Positions 43,261 to 54,765 of a stretch of 64,000 nucleotides of DNA are shown piece after piece; positions within the stretch are counted from its first letter, which is position 1, and every line of letters starts with the position of its first letter. The notes below the pieces were generated by a model. That model saw nothing but the letters and a program-made list of their open reading frames with translations. It did no database searches and was not told where the DNA came from. Source of the DNA: the human T2T-CHM13v2.0 reference genome, Homo sapiens. Both the position numbers and the translations under genes were made by a program. The DNA is taken from NCBI RefSeq assembly GCF_009914755.1, contig NC_060929.1; one strand, given 5' to 3'.

Positions 43261-45091
43261 TACCACGGAAGTGTTGTTCGGAGAATTAAATGAGATGACG
43301 CATATGGATTCACTTGGCACAATGCTGCATGCATAACTGCACTCAGTAAGTCATAGTTAATTCAAATGGGGCCAAAGAAAGCAGGCAATGCTTACCTGTA
43401 AGTGGGTAGCACTCCAAAGGGCAGGGGAAATATTTGGGGCCCTCCCAGGCACTTGCAATTCACACCTCATAGCTAATTGCCATTATACCAGGCTGCTCCT
43501 GTCTAAAAGTCTCCACAAAATCTCCCCCATTCCCCGAGCACTCACTCAAGAAGTGCCACAAGAAGCCAAAAAACCAAAATACTGCCTCTTTCTCCCCTCA
43601 TCTTTTCAGGACTCCCAAGGCAACCTTCCAAATCTTTTGGTTTGGTGTCCAGTAAACAGCAGAGACACACTGGGCATTTCCTGTCCCAGCATTCCTCAAT
43701 GCACAATGAAGATGGGCAAAGGAAACTGCCTCTTTCTCACGCTGCTCCCCCCTTCACTATGCTCCCCGTTCCCAAGTCATGCCACATGCTATTTCCCAAG
43801 CAAGCCCACACTCATTCCAAGACCCTACACTGCCACCTCTGCCAGACAATGGAGATGAGAAGGCAGAAACCGCCTTCTGACATCACTCCCTTGCCTTGCT
43901 CCCCTGGGGCCTGGTCTGTCCTCTCCAAAGCTGGGCTCTAACACTTTGTCCAGATACAATTTTTGGATGACCCCAAGGAAAAGGTTCCCACCACTTCCTT
44001 TAGACTTTTCTGAACTTGGTAGCTACAAGTGAAAATCCCCCAAAAGGGTTGGATGGTTTGGTTCAGAGAGCACAAAAAAAGGAAGAAGAGAAAGGATGGA
44101 GAAACTTGAGATTTGTGTCATGTATTTATTTCCTTATTTAACTCACATCCCTGTTCAATGTCAGACACAATTCTCTATGCATCCTCCATTGCACATTCCC
44201 GTTATTTATCTTAGACTGTAAACTACGGGAGGACAAGGAAGGCCGGCATCAATTCACTACATTCAGTTCAAGTTCTGTTCCATAATAAATGGTGAAACAC
44301 TTAATTAGTTCTATTGCCCAAAAGTGAAAGAGGTTATGCCTAGACAAAGAGAGTTACAACAGAGAGGCTCCTCAAACAAAAATAAAAGCAACAAAATGGA
44401 AATCAATTGATCAAGGGGCCCTGCCAAGGACTTGGCACTTAGGAAGCCCCTATAAGGAATTCAGGAAAAGTGTAGGGTAAAGAACGTATCCACAGCTGCA
44501 TCCACAGCTTGCAGCAAATTCTCAATAAGGTCTAGAACCCAAAAAGTTTTAAGAACCACAGGTAAAAGACAGCCTTTTCCCTTAAGAAATTTGAAGTGGA
44601 AGAGATACATCTTATATATACATACATACATATACGCACACACATATATATCCTACATACATACAAACAGGTTTAAATTATAGAGAACATCAATATAATA
44701 ATAGTAGAGTTCTTTGTTGAGTGTTTTTACGAGCCAGCTCCCAGCCTGAGCAACACAGACTATATACAGTTCATTTAATTTTCACAACCACCTAGAATGT
44801 GCATTATCTCAAGAAATAGAAAGCATTATCCTCTGGGCACAGATGAAAATAAAGAGGCTGAAAGAGTTTATGTAGCTTGCCCAAGGTCACACATCTGGGT
44901 CAACTAAAGCCGGGATTCAAACTCAGAATCTGTGCCATGCTGCAGAAACAGATGAAAGTGGTGGCAAAAGCAAGTTGTGGGCATGGAGTCAAATCTCCTG
45001 GCTAGTGACCCTGGCTCTACCTCAGACAAATTTCTCCCTCTTTCTGGGCCTTCTGTGTTCTCATATGCAAATTAAGAGCATTAGACTAGAT

Positions 45092-45313
45092 GAAAGGTTA
45101 ACAAATTTTTTCTGCAAAGGTCCAGGGAGTAAATATTTTAGGCTTTACCGGACAGACGGTCTCTGTTGCAGCTACTCAACTCTGCCATTATAACCTGAAA
45201 GCAGCCATAGACAACACGCAAACAAATCAGCAAGCTGTGTTCCAGTAAAACTTTATTTGCAAAAATAGGCACTAGGCTGGATTTGATCGATTAATTGTAG
45301 TTTGCAGACTCTG
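45092..45313 (+). mobile_element. MER58A (hAT-Charlie)
   Basis: GTAAATATTTTAGGCTTT...CTACTCAACTCTGCCATT...AAAGCAGCCATAGACAA...TAAAACTTTATTT; 8-bp TSD (G/A)ACTAGAT. Confidence 0.88.
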
Positions 45314-46479
45314 AACTAGATGATCTCTAGAGTTTTCTAGTTCTGACACTTCTGTAGTCTCTGATCCTGACTTGTGGCAGTGCAGCCCAGAGGGACCAAG
45401 GCCCTGAAATGTCAGCTGTAAGGAACCTATTGCCATAGGTATTTTTTGCTGTTTTTTTGTTTTGCTTTGTCTTTTGTTTTTTGCAGTTTTTTTGTTTGTT
45501 TGTTTTTTGCCTTTGATGACTTTAGGACGTGTGGTTGGGAAATAGATCCTGGCAGTAGCAATACCAAGGAAGCTTGGGAGGACTTTTGCCCCAGTAAAAT
45601 CTCTATCAGCTCCCTGCCCTGGATCTGTGATGTGAACAGTGACATCTATCTTGAGAAGGTCATGGGGCAAACGGCTGCATGCCCACCTTCAAACAAGACT
45701 GCAACTTAAAGATCTTTTCCAGAGAAATTCTGGAGGCACCATAGATTTTTGGGCAAAGTGATAGTGGCAAGCCCATGGCCAGCAAGGGTCAGCCAGAGCC
45801 ATTCAAGAAGGCAGCACACACTCCCCTTCACCCTCGATTCTGTAGCAGCATGGGTGGGTTTTGGCAGCCTGTTTACACTGTCCCACCAGAATAGCACGAA
45901 GGCATAAGAGAGAATGGATCTGCTCTCTAGTTCAGAGACAGCAGGCCTTTCGGATTCTCCGTCCGGCACCCTGTGCCTTCACACCCCAGCCCCCGCCTCA
46001 CTCCCCAGCTCCCAGGCTCTCCCCAAACATGTGATGTGCATTCAGCCCCTGGGTGACTTTCAACCCCTGGGTGACTTGCCAGTTAATCTTTACCAGCCTG
46101 CTGCAAAGGGCTGCCACTGAGCTCTCTCTGCCTTACCAGGGAGTGCTGTATGACTGGCAGTTCTGGGTTGGGGGAATGCATGCTCACCAGAGAGTGACAA
46201 GTTGTAATTACCAGAGAGAAAACAGTCCTACCCAGAGGGAGCTGAAATTCCTCACTCTTGGGAGCCTCTGACCTGCTGCCTTTGGAGGTAGAAGAGAAGG
46301 CTTTGCTGTAGTTAGTGTACCCCACCCAGAAGAAAGAATGCATCTCATCCTCCCACCAGGGTACAGGTGGGGCAAAAATTCTTCTTCGAGTCCCCACAGA
46401 CCCTAGTGTACCTCCTAAAGCAGATGCCTCACTCCTCCAATTCCTTTTTTGTGTTTAGCCTCATTTACTGGGTGTTGTG

Positions 46480-46900
46480 TATTTCAGCTGTGCCACTTGT
46501 TAGTCCTGTGGCCTCAGGCAAATCGTTTAACCACTCTGGGCCTCAGATTCCTCATCTATCAAATGTCAATAATAATAGTACCTACCTCATAATGTTATCA
46601 TTAGGATTAAATGAGATAATGTACAGAAGGCACTTTGGGCCCAACGCCTGGCACCTAGTAAGTGCTAACTCCTAACAGATAGTATTACTATTACTCTGTG
46701 CTGAGCACTTTACACACATTTTCACATGTCATCCTCACCATAGCCCTGTAGAGCTAGGAACTATTCTGATCTTCATTTCACAGGTGAGGAAACTGGGCCC
46801 AGAGTGGTTAAGTGACTTGCCCAAGAACACACAGCTAATAAATTAGTGGAACTGGGACATAAACCCAGGTGTGTCTGATCCAGGCTCTTCATCACTTCAC
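46480..46900. mobile_element. Two adjacent MIRs in opposite orientation
   Basis: CTCTGGGCCTCAGATTCCTCATCT...GGATTAAATGAGATAATG, then ACAGGTGAGGAAACTGGG...GTTAAGTGACTTGCCCAAG. Confidence 0.8.
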
Positions 46901-47189
46901 TCTCCTGACCAGGGTCATAGTAAACATTAAATGACAGAAGTGCAATTAGAATCCAAGTTAGCTCTCAACTCCCTCAGCAGATCAAGTGCTGGCCTGGAAG
47001 GCAAGGAAGACTAACCTAAGGTGCTCCGCTGGGGAACCTTTACTCCCAGACAGCTCTCCCTTTCCCTCCCCTCCCTGACCTCTGCCTTACTCAGGAGCCT
47101 GGTCACATTCTGTTCTCTGCTGTTATTTCCTTCAGGCTAACATTGAACCTTCTGCTGCCTTTTTCTTTTTTTAATCTCAGTCTGGTGCA

Positions 47190-47400
47190 GAGAGAAGGAT
47201 GCAAGCTTTGGAGCCAGACAACAATGCTTTGAATACCAATGCTACTTACTCACTGAATGGCCTTGGCCATGTCACAGAACCTCTCTGAACGTCAGTTTCC
47301 TCATTTGTAAAATGGAGAGAATTCCTCCCTTGCATTGTTGTGAATTTGAGTAAATGCACATAGATTGCCTAACACAGTGCCTGGCACATAGTAGGTACTC
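47190..47400. mobile_element. MIR
   Basis: TCAGTTTCCTCATTTGTAAAATGG...ACAGTGCCTGGCACATAGTAGG. Confidence 0.8.
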
Positions 47401-50400
47401 TCTGAAAGGTGCTTTAGCATTATCATCATCTCCCACAGCACCTAGCTCAGTGTTAGGTTATTGTTTGCTTGGTTTCATTCATCTTTGGTTCACCCACGGT
47501 ACTTAGCATGGTGCTTACACAGAGTACATGCATCTCTATATGCCTGGTCGAATTGAAAGCTAGAGAGAGCACCATGAAAAATTGCATGATCACAGGTGAC
47601 AGATCTCCTCCCATAGATGTCTTAAGCAGATCCTTGAATCTCCCATAGCTTCAGTTTCTCTACAGGTCAACTTCAGTGGCAGCTTCCCCTGGAGGGTTCG
47701 CAGAAATGGGAGTTCTGCAACATCAGAGGTTTCTAATGCAATAAGATGGATAATGAAAAGATTCTTCTTCCACAAGCGTCGAGTGAGTCAGAGCTCTGTG
47801 CTTGACTTTGCCCCAGGGAGTACCGAGAAAATGAAATATCGTCTGTGTTCTCATGACACCTAAACAAATGGTCAAGTCCATGGGTCAAAAATCAGCCAGA
47901 GGGGTTAAGAGGCATCTCTAGCAAAGGAAGGGGAGGAGCAGCAAGGAAAGCACCATTAGCAAAGGTTGCTGTGTGGGGTCCTGCTACACGGCTGTTATTA
48001 AGGCTAATACCTGTTCCCCTTACAGTGAGATCTTTGTTTTGCCTTCACGAAACACACTGGTAAATGACAACAAGTCTGAAATCTGCAAGGATTTTGAACT
48101 TGTCAATCTGGCTCAATAATTTCTTCCACATCCTGACACCTGAATCAAGACATAAGTTCTCATCTAGGTAACAAACTATTTTCTTTCACAATGAGGATAA
48201 ACCATCTCTGAATCTCAGATTTGCTCTTTTTTTTTCATCCTGGCCTTTTGCCACCACAGAAAAATGTCTGATAGGCTGAGTTTTCACATTGCAGCTGGTT
48301 ACTGTGATTATGTAGACACAGCCTCAGTAAATTCAATGGTGTGTTGCTGGCTGTTCAATAGCTGGTGAAATTAATGCCCAGGGAAGTGGGAAATGGGCCA
48401 CCACAATCAAAATGTGGATTTGGAACTTGCTCTTTATTTTATCCCACCCTTACCCTCCCCTACACCCCTGTCTTTGTGCTAATGCCAGCTACGTGCCAGG
48501 TTACTGGTATTCTCTTCCTCCTCCCTCTCCCCTTATAAGTAAACCAGCTCAAGAGAAGCCCCATTATCTTAGACTTAATGATACATTGGGAATGGTGGGA
48601 ACTGAGTTCATGATACCTCACTCTCACCCCTACCCTGGAAGATGCATGAGAGAAAGGATAGCAGGTGCCTTCGGGGGCCACTTTATCCAGCAAGAGAAGC
48701 TGACCACCTGGAGCTACGGGATCTCAAAGATCATCTAAGCCAGGTCCTATCTGCAGACAGACTAGTCTGAGCCACCCAGGACCAATGACAGCCTCTCCTT
48801 TTAATAAAGACCCCTGACAGAGGGCTGCCAAGTTCTTCCAGTCTCACACCCCACTGTGTAGGTCATGAGTGGCTGCAGGAGCAGAAGGAGCACTGTCCTG
48901 TAGGCCAGGGAAACAGAGTTTCCTAACCAGCTCTGCACCTGACCATCTTGCCAAGTCTCTTTCCCTAGTGCACCACCTCCAACACAGGAAGATAAGCAAA
49001 CCAAGGTTCTGAGAGCTTCTGAAGATCTAAATCACTATAAACTTGTGAATCTCTTATTATCAAATCTTCAAATACAGCTTAGGGCAATTTAATTATAATA
49101 GAAAATAATCCATTTTCAGGACTGTCTCTACCACAGATTTCTTAACCCGAGGGAAACCCCCTGAAATTGTGTATTTTGCACATGTGTGGAGTCTGTGCAC
49201 TTTGCTGGGAGTAAATTAAAACCTTCGATACGTGTATGATAACCACCTGCCTCCCTTCTCAAAAAATAAAAATAAAAAGAGGTTAAGAGCTTACCTCTAG
49301 GTTGAGAAGCTTAGATGTAAGTCATCCTGAGTGACTTCTGTTTTCCCCACCCGTGAATATCAAGTTATAACAAGTATCAAGAGCAGAAGGTGAGAAACCC
49401 AAGATGCAGGCTTGTGAACTGGAGTAAAAGAAGGTATCAGGCTTTACTTTTCAATCTCCAGCTGCCACTGCCCATTGCTCTGCCATATATTTGCTAGCCT
49501 ATGACCTCAGGAATCAACTGACTCTCTCTGAACCACTGTTTCTCATCTCTCAATGAACAATGGTTATGCTTCTCTCAAAGAATTGTAAAGTCTCAAAGAA
49601 ACTGAGTAAATGCATGGCTATCAGTAAGCGCTCAATTCATGGGAGTCCCTGCCCAGCACCAGTGGCTCAGGCCCCAAAATTAACTACTCAAAAGGCAGCT
49701 CCATCTATAACAGTGGTTCCATCCCCTACCTTGCCCCGGGGGAAAAGTATGACACAGTAGCTGAGTACCCAACTTTGGGAGAGACCCCACAGTTGAGTTC
49801 AGTTCCCAGCAGCTCTCCTCCATGCCTTTGTGAACTTGGGCGAACAGCTAAACTTCCCCATAATTTGGTGTCTCATCCATGAAATAGAAATGGTGAAGAG
49901 TGTATTCTTTCTCTCATGAGAGTCATGAGAAAATGCAAAAAGAACTCAGCACACTGTCTAGGACAAAATAAATGTTGGATAAATGTGAACTAACATAAAG
50001 TTCTTTGGCTTTTTCTTTCTTTCTTTCTTGGCCCATACTTTCTCTTCTAAGTACCATTCACCCACCTTTGGGAGTGCGTCCCTGTGACTGAATGTCCAAC
50101 ATGGATATCAGACAGAAAGGAAAAAACTCAACAAATAACCAAGATCCTCTACGTCCCTTCCCCAGGTCTCTGACCTCCCTCACCCCCACTCCCAGATAGC
50201 CAGCTAGCTTCCTCCCTCAATTCCCTTCATGTTTCCTCAAATATCACTTCAGTGACATCCCAAGCACCCACTTAACATTTCAAATCCACCCCACAAACAT
50301 CCCACTGCATTTCCCCCTCCTTACTTTATTTTCAGCCTAACACCTGTCATCACATTACACACCTCATCATTTGCTTATTTAGTATACTGTCTGTCTTCTG

Positions 50401-50684
50401 TCGGGAGAAGCTACGCTCCTATAGGGCAGGAGTCCGTCTATTTTGTTCAGTTGCTATGTTCACAGCGCCCAGAGCCAGGGCAGAGAGTGGAGACTCCGTA
50501 AGAATCGGCTGAATAAATGAGTGAATGCCTGAGCGAATGAAAGGATGAAGAGAAGCCAGATTTTACTGGGGCCAAAGAGTTTGCACGGGGCGAGGGGAGC
50601 CAGATGAAGGATGAGGGCTGGCCTCAGATCCGACTCAAGTCCCTCCCACCTGCCCAATCCTAGAATTCTCTTTCCCTCTTTTAG

Positions 50685-50746
50685 GTGCTGGACAAGTTGC
50701 ATATCCCGTTAAATCCGGGGCCCACTCCGGGAGCCCCCTATTAAAG
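50685..50746 (+). other. Probable 62-nt non-coding 5'UTR exon of a longer ADRA1B transcript
   Basis: Acceptor ATTCTCTTTCCCTCTTTTAG|G at 50684/50685 and donor AAG|GTAAGC at 50746/50747. The exon contains no ATG. Confidence 0.7.
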
Positions 50747-50983
50747 GTAAGCAGCCCCCAACCCACCTTTGACACGGAAGAGTGACTAGCGGGGAAAATA
50801 ACGCCAGCGGGCCGCCTAGGGGTGGGTGACCCGCGATCTCCACGCCCAGGTCCCGCCCTCGCGGCCCCTGCCCCCGCCCCGCCCCCCGCAGAGGGCGCGC
50901 CCTGGGAGCGGCGGGGGACGCGGCTGGCTTCCCGGCTTGCGGGGTGGCGGCGTCGGGGCTGCGGGCGCCTTGGCTGGACCCGC

Positions 50984-51000
50984 ATTGCCCCCTAGTGCCG
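50984..51000 (-). promoter_or_regulatory. Candidate CTCF motif
   Basis: Minus strand reads CGGCACTAGGGGGCAAT, close to the CTCF core CCACYAGGGGGCR, inside a CpG island. Confidence 0.45.
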
Positions 51001-51242
51001 CGCGGAGTCAGGGCGCCGGGCTCCCCCGCCTGATGTCACCGCCGTGCAGTCAGCCCAGAAGCGGCTCATTGAAAGCAGACCCTCTTCGGCGCTCGCTGGG
51101 CGGAGGACGCGCCGCGGTCCGCAGACCCGAGCGAGCTGGGCACCGCCGGGCGCCCCCGGCCCTGCCGCCCCCTCCTCCCCGCCGCTCCCCCGCGAGCCCG
51201 GCCAGGCGCGCCTGACGTGGACCATTAAACTTGGAGCTGCCG

Positions 51243-51279
51243 CCTCGTCCCCTCTCCTCCTCCTCCTCCCTCTGACAGG
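51243..51279 (+). other. Probable splice acceptor within the 5'UTR
   Basis: About 30-nt pyrimidine tract CCTCGTCCCCTCTCCTCCTCCTCCTCCCTCT followed by GACAG|G; AG at 51277-51278, 193 nt before the ATG. Confidence 0.65.
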
Positions 51280-51338
51280 CGAGCGAGCGACTCGGTGCAG
51301 GCAGGAGACGTGCTGCCGGGCTGGGCTGCCCGGGGGAG

Positions 51339-51407
51339 ATGACTCCTCGCCAGGAGGGCGCCTCTGGGAAGAAGACCACGGGGGAAGCAAAGTTTCAGGG
51401 CAGCTGA
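51339..51407 (+). promoter_or_regulatory. uORF, 22 codons ([22 protein letters not shown])
   Basis: ATG at 51339 in context GAG ATG A; TGA at 51405-51407. Confidence 0.6.
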
Positions 51408-51452
51408 GGAGCCTTCGCCGCAGCCCTTCCGAGCCCAATCATCCCCCTGGCT

Positions 51453-51470
51453 ATGGAGGGCGGACTCTAA
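51453..51470 (+). promoter_or_regulatory. uORF (MEGGL*) ending 1 nt before the ADRA1B start codon
   Basis: GCT ATG GAG GGC GGA CTC TAA G ATG; G at -3 and G at +4. Confidence 0.75.
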
Positions 51471-51471
51471 G

Positions 51472-52420
51472 ATGAATCCCGACCTGGACACCGGCCACAA
51501 CACATCAGCACCTGCCCACTGGGGAGAGTTGAAAAATGCCAACTTCACTGGCCCCAACCAGACCTCGAGCAACTCCACACTGCCCCAGCTGGACATCACC
51601 AGGGCCATCTCTGTGGGCCTGGTGCTGGGCGCCTTCATCCTCTTTGCCATCGTGGGCAACATCCTAGTCATCTTGTCTGTGGCCTGCAACCGGCACCTGC
51701 GGACGCCCACCAACTACTTCATTGTCAACCTGGCCATGGCCGACCTGCTGTTGAGCTTCACCGTCCTGCCCTTCTCAGCGGCCCTAGAGGTGCTCGGCTA
51801 CTGGGTGCTGGGGCGGATCTTCTGTGACATCTGGGCAGCCGTGGATGTCCTGTGCTGCACAGCGTCCATTCTGAGCCTGTGCGCCATCTCCATCGATCGC
51901 TACATCGGGGTGCGCTACTCTCTGCAGTATCCCACGCTGGTCACCCGGAGGAAGGCCATCTTGGCGCTGCTCAGTGTCTGGGTCTTGTCCACCGTCATCT
52001 CCATCGGGCCTCTCCTTGGATGGAAGGAGCCGGCACCCAACGATGACAAGGAGTGCGGGGTCACCGAAGAACCCTTCTATGCCCTCTTCTCCTCTCTGGG
52101 CTCCTTCTACATCCCTCTGGCGGTCATTCTAGTCATGTACTGCCGTGTCTATATAGTGGCCAAGAGAACCACCAAGAACCTAGAGGCAGGAGTCATGAAG
52201 GAGATGTCCAACTCCAAGGAGCTGACCCTGAGGATCCATTCCAAGAACTTTCACGAGGACACCCTTAGCAGTACCAAGGCCAAGGGCCACAACCCCAGGA
52301 GTTCCATAGCTGTCAAACTTTTTAAGTTCTCCAGGGAAAAGAAAGCAGCTAAGACGTTGGGCATTGTGGTCGGTATGTTCATCTTGTGCTGGCTACCCTT
52401 CTTCATCGCTCTACCGCTTG
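51472..52420 (+). CDS. ADRA1B: Alpha-1B adrenergic receptor, first coding exon (codons 1-316 plus 1 nt; N-terminus to end of TM6); remainder lies beyond the window
   Basis: Translation [35 protein letters not shown]...GNILVILSV...NLAMADLL...[16 protein letters not shown]...SIDRY...[29 protein letters not shown] matches human ADRA1B as I recall it. It has class A aminergic motifs (GN, LAxAD, TM3 Asp, DRY, CWxP) and four N-glycosylation sequons. Canonical donor TTG|GTAAGT at 52420/52421 (phase 1) sits at the end-of-TM6 intron position typical of alpha-1 receptor genes. Confidence 0.98.
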
Positions 52421-54574
52421 GTAAGTTGGGGACTAGCAGCAGGGGGACTGGGCATTTTTGGACCTTGGGTTTACTGATGAGCTTACTCTAAAGTTTTTTG
52501 TGGGTTTTGTTTCTTATGCAGTCTGTGCGTGTTCGGAGATTGAATAATATTGTTTGTTCTGCAAAGGGTTTGCAGATTGGGGAGCTGGCTAAAAACCAAC
52601 TCAGGTGTTAGTAGAACACGCTAAGGCACTAGCTTCTGGAAATAGAACCAGGGAAGGAAAATCTGGTATGAGGAATGACTCACTCAACAGCCTCGGTTTA
52701 ATAATTAAAAAGGATATTCACTGGGCTTGAATATCACACCGGCGTTATTTCAGTAGTAATGATGTGTCGGCTAAGGCAGCGTCACTAATGCAGCATACAA
52801 AATAGTTTGTAGTTACTGCAGACGCGGCATTTGGGAAGCAGGGAGGCAGCTCGTACACAGAAAGGCAGCATTCATTCAGCATTTCCAGGGCTAGAGCAGA
52901 AGCCACGCTTCTCAAGAGCTTTGCAGAGGCTGCATTCTCTCCCTCCCCTCTTCACTGACAGCTATCACCCAGATATACTACGTTCATTATCCGTTAATAA
53001 GAGCATTTTACAGCCACACAGCCCCAACCAGCCTTTAAGTTATTGAAAGCTTGAGATGTGAAAGAGAAGATGACTAGAGGGTCACACATTTTTAGTTTTT
53101 ACCCAAAAATGTTTCTAACTCTAGTGATTTATGGAATGCCCAGAATCAAATTATAGTTGTCCCTCATCTCAGCTGACAGAGACCAAATCCTGGTAAGATG
53201 GAATTCAGTGCGTCCTCCCCCTCTTATGAAAACATGTTCGTCTTCTTTTTGTTTGGTGGTCCTACTAACTGAATTGTTCAAAAGGCTACCTGATGTTTTC
53301 TAAGGAAGAAGCCAAGGTCTGGTTAGCAGGTAAACCTAAAGGGGGGCATCTGTCACATGCTGTCCACATGGCCTGGGGATCCCTTGTCCTTCCTCTGAGG
53401 CACTGATCTGCTTTGATTCCTTCTCCTATCCCTGGGGGACACTACAGAAAATGAATGGAGGGAGTTTATCATGACACAGTCATGTGCCATGATATCAGGA
53501 GAGGTAACAGCTGCTATACTGCGGACCACATATGCCTGCAATCACACCGGAGTCTCAGGTCAGACCCAAATATAACCAAATCCCTCAAACAGCTATAAAT
53601 TCTGAAGGCACACTGCTTTCAAGAGAAAAATGCAAACAGAAAGGAAGCAAACAGATATCGAGTTTCCATTTAAAAAGAAAGAAAAAGATTTTCAAAAGCC
53701 GTCTAACCTTTTCTCCATGTCATCTTTTCTAAAGCAGGCCTGCAGGCTAATGCCTTTCAGAAATATTTTCAATGGTTAGTGTTAAGCAGAAAGGGTTTGA
53801 AAAAGTTCTACTCCCCAGGCGTGATCACATACCATTGCAGGGAAGCTTGCTTTTCTTTCCCAAGGTCTCAGGGTTCTTTTGCAGGCTTGTTCGGTTTACA
53901 GTGGATGACAGTTCACACTGCATTGGGTCATTACAAAGATCATGGTTGTACATGGAGCTGATGGAGGTGATTTGGCCTCTTATTAGCCATATGACCTTGG
54001 CCAAATGACCACTCCTGTATGAGCCTCAGTTTCTTCGTCTACAAAACAGGGCTGATTAATATTTGCTCCATGGAGTTTGCATTAATGTATAGGAAGGACT
54101 TAGCACAGTATCTGGTGTATAGCAGATGCTCAATGAAAGTTAGCTATGAGCAGTACAAACCAAACCCCAATCTCCCCTTCGGTATAACTGTGTCTTTTCT
54201 CCTTCTCTACACATTTGCCAATCCCACACCTGTTACTAAAGTCTTGGAAGAGAATTGAGTCTTTCTTCCTTTGCCCCTGGCCTCCAGCCTGCAGAGGCTG
54301 TGACCAGAGCATGCTCAGGAAGGAGAAGGCCTCAGCAGGATGCAGGAATGGATCAAAGGTGCAGGCTTTGGCTTTTAGGGGCAGGGGAAATAGCTCCAAA
54401 CAGGTAAGGAGGCTTCCAGCATATTCAAATGGGAAGAACACGGCTCTGGTGATCAGGAGCAACAGAGTTCCCATTTGAGCTTTGCCATCAATTAGCTCTG
54501 TGGCTCTAGGCTTGCTGCTTTGCTTCTCTAGGCTTCAGGCCTCACACCTGGAGAACGAGGAGGTTGAATTAGAT

Positions 54575-54765
54575 TAAGGGATCTCAAACTTTGAGAACTA
54601 TCAGAATCACTTGTGAAACTTCATAAACAATGGTAGCTGCCTGGGCCGAACCCCCAGCAAATAGGATTCAGTAAGTCAGAAGGATACCAGGAATCTGCAG
54701 GTATAATCAGCCCACCAGGTGATTCTGAAGAGGTAGTCCACAGACCAGGCTTTGAGAATCACTGG
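54575..54765. mobile_element. MER5A-like (hAT-Charlie)
   Basis: TCTCAAACTTTGAG..ATCAGAATCACTTG...CAGGAATCTGCA...CAGGTGATTCTGA...CTTTGAGAATCACTG. Confidence 0.75.

Larger units (their letters stand above)
50700..52100. promoter_or_regulatory. CpG island and GC-rich proximal promoter/5'UTR of ADRA1B
   Basis: Abrupt rise in GC and CpG density. GC boxes (CCCGCCC near 50852 and 50873-50885), CRE-like TGATGTCA at 51031-51038 and TGACGTGG at 51213-51220. No clear TATA box in the GC-rich core. Confidence 0.9.

Noticed and set aside
51044-51475. GTG-started 143-aa frame whose TGA overlaps the ADRA1B ATG (ATGA)
   Set aside because: There is no ATG in the frame, and a long open run is expected at this GC content; no evidence of initiation.
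51225-51713. Antisense 162-aa ORF, and the other Arg/Pro/Gly-rich ORFs at 50635-51475
   Set aside because: Stop-codon scarcity in a CpG island and the antisense shadow of GC-rich coding sequence; no recognisable domains.
51472-52491. 339-aa ORF as a complete single-exon gene
   Set aside because: It lacks TM7/NPxxY, and similarity to ADRA1B ends exactly at the GTAAGT donor at 52421; the last 22 aa are intronic.
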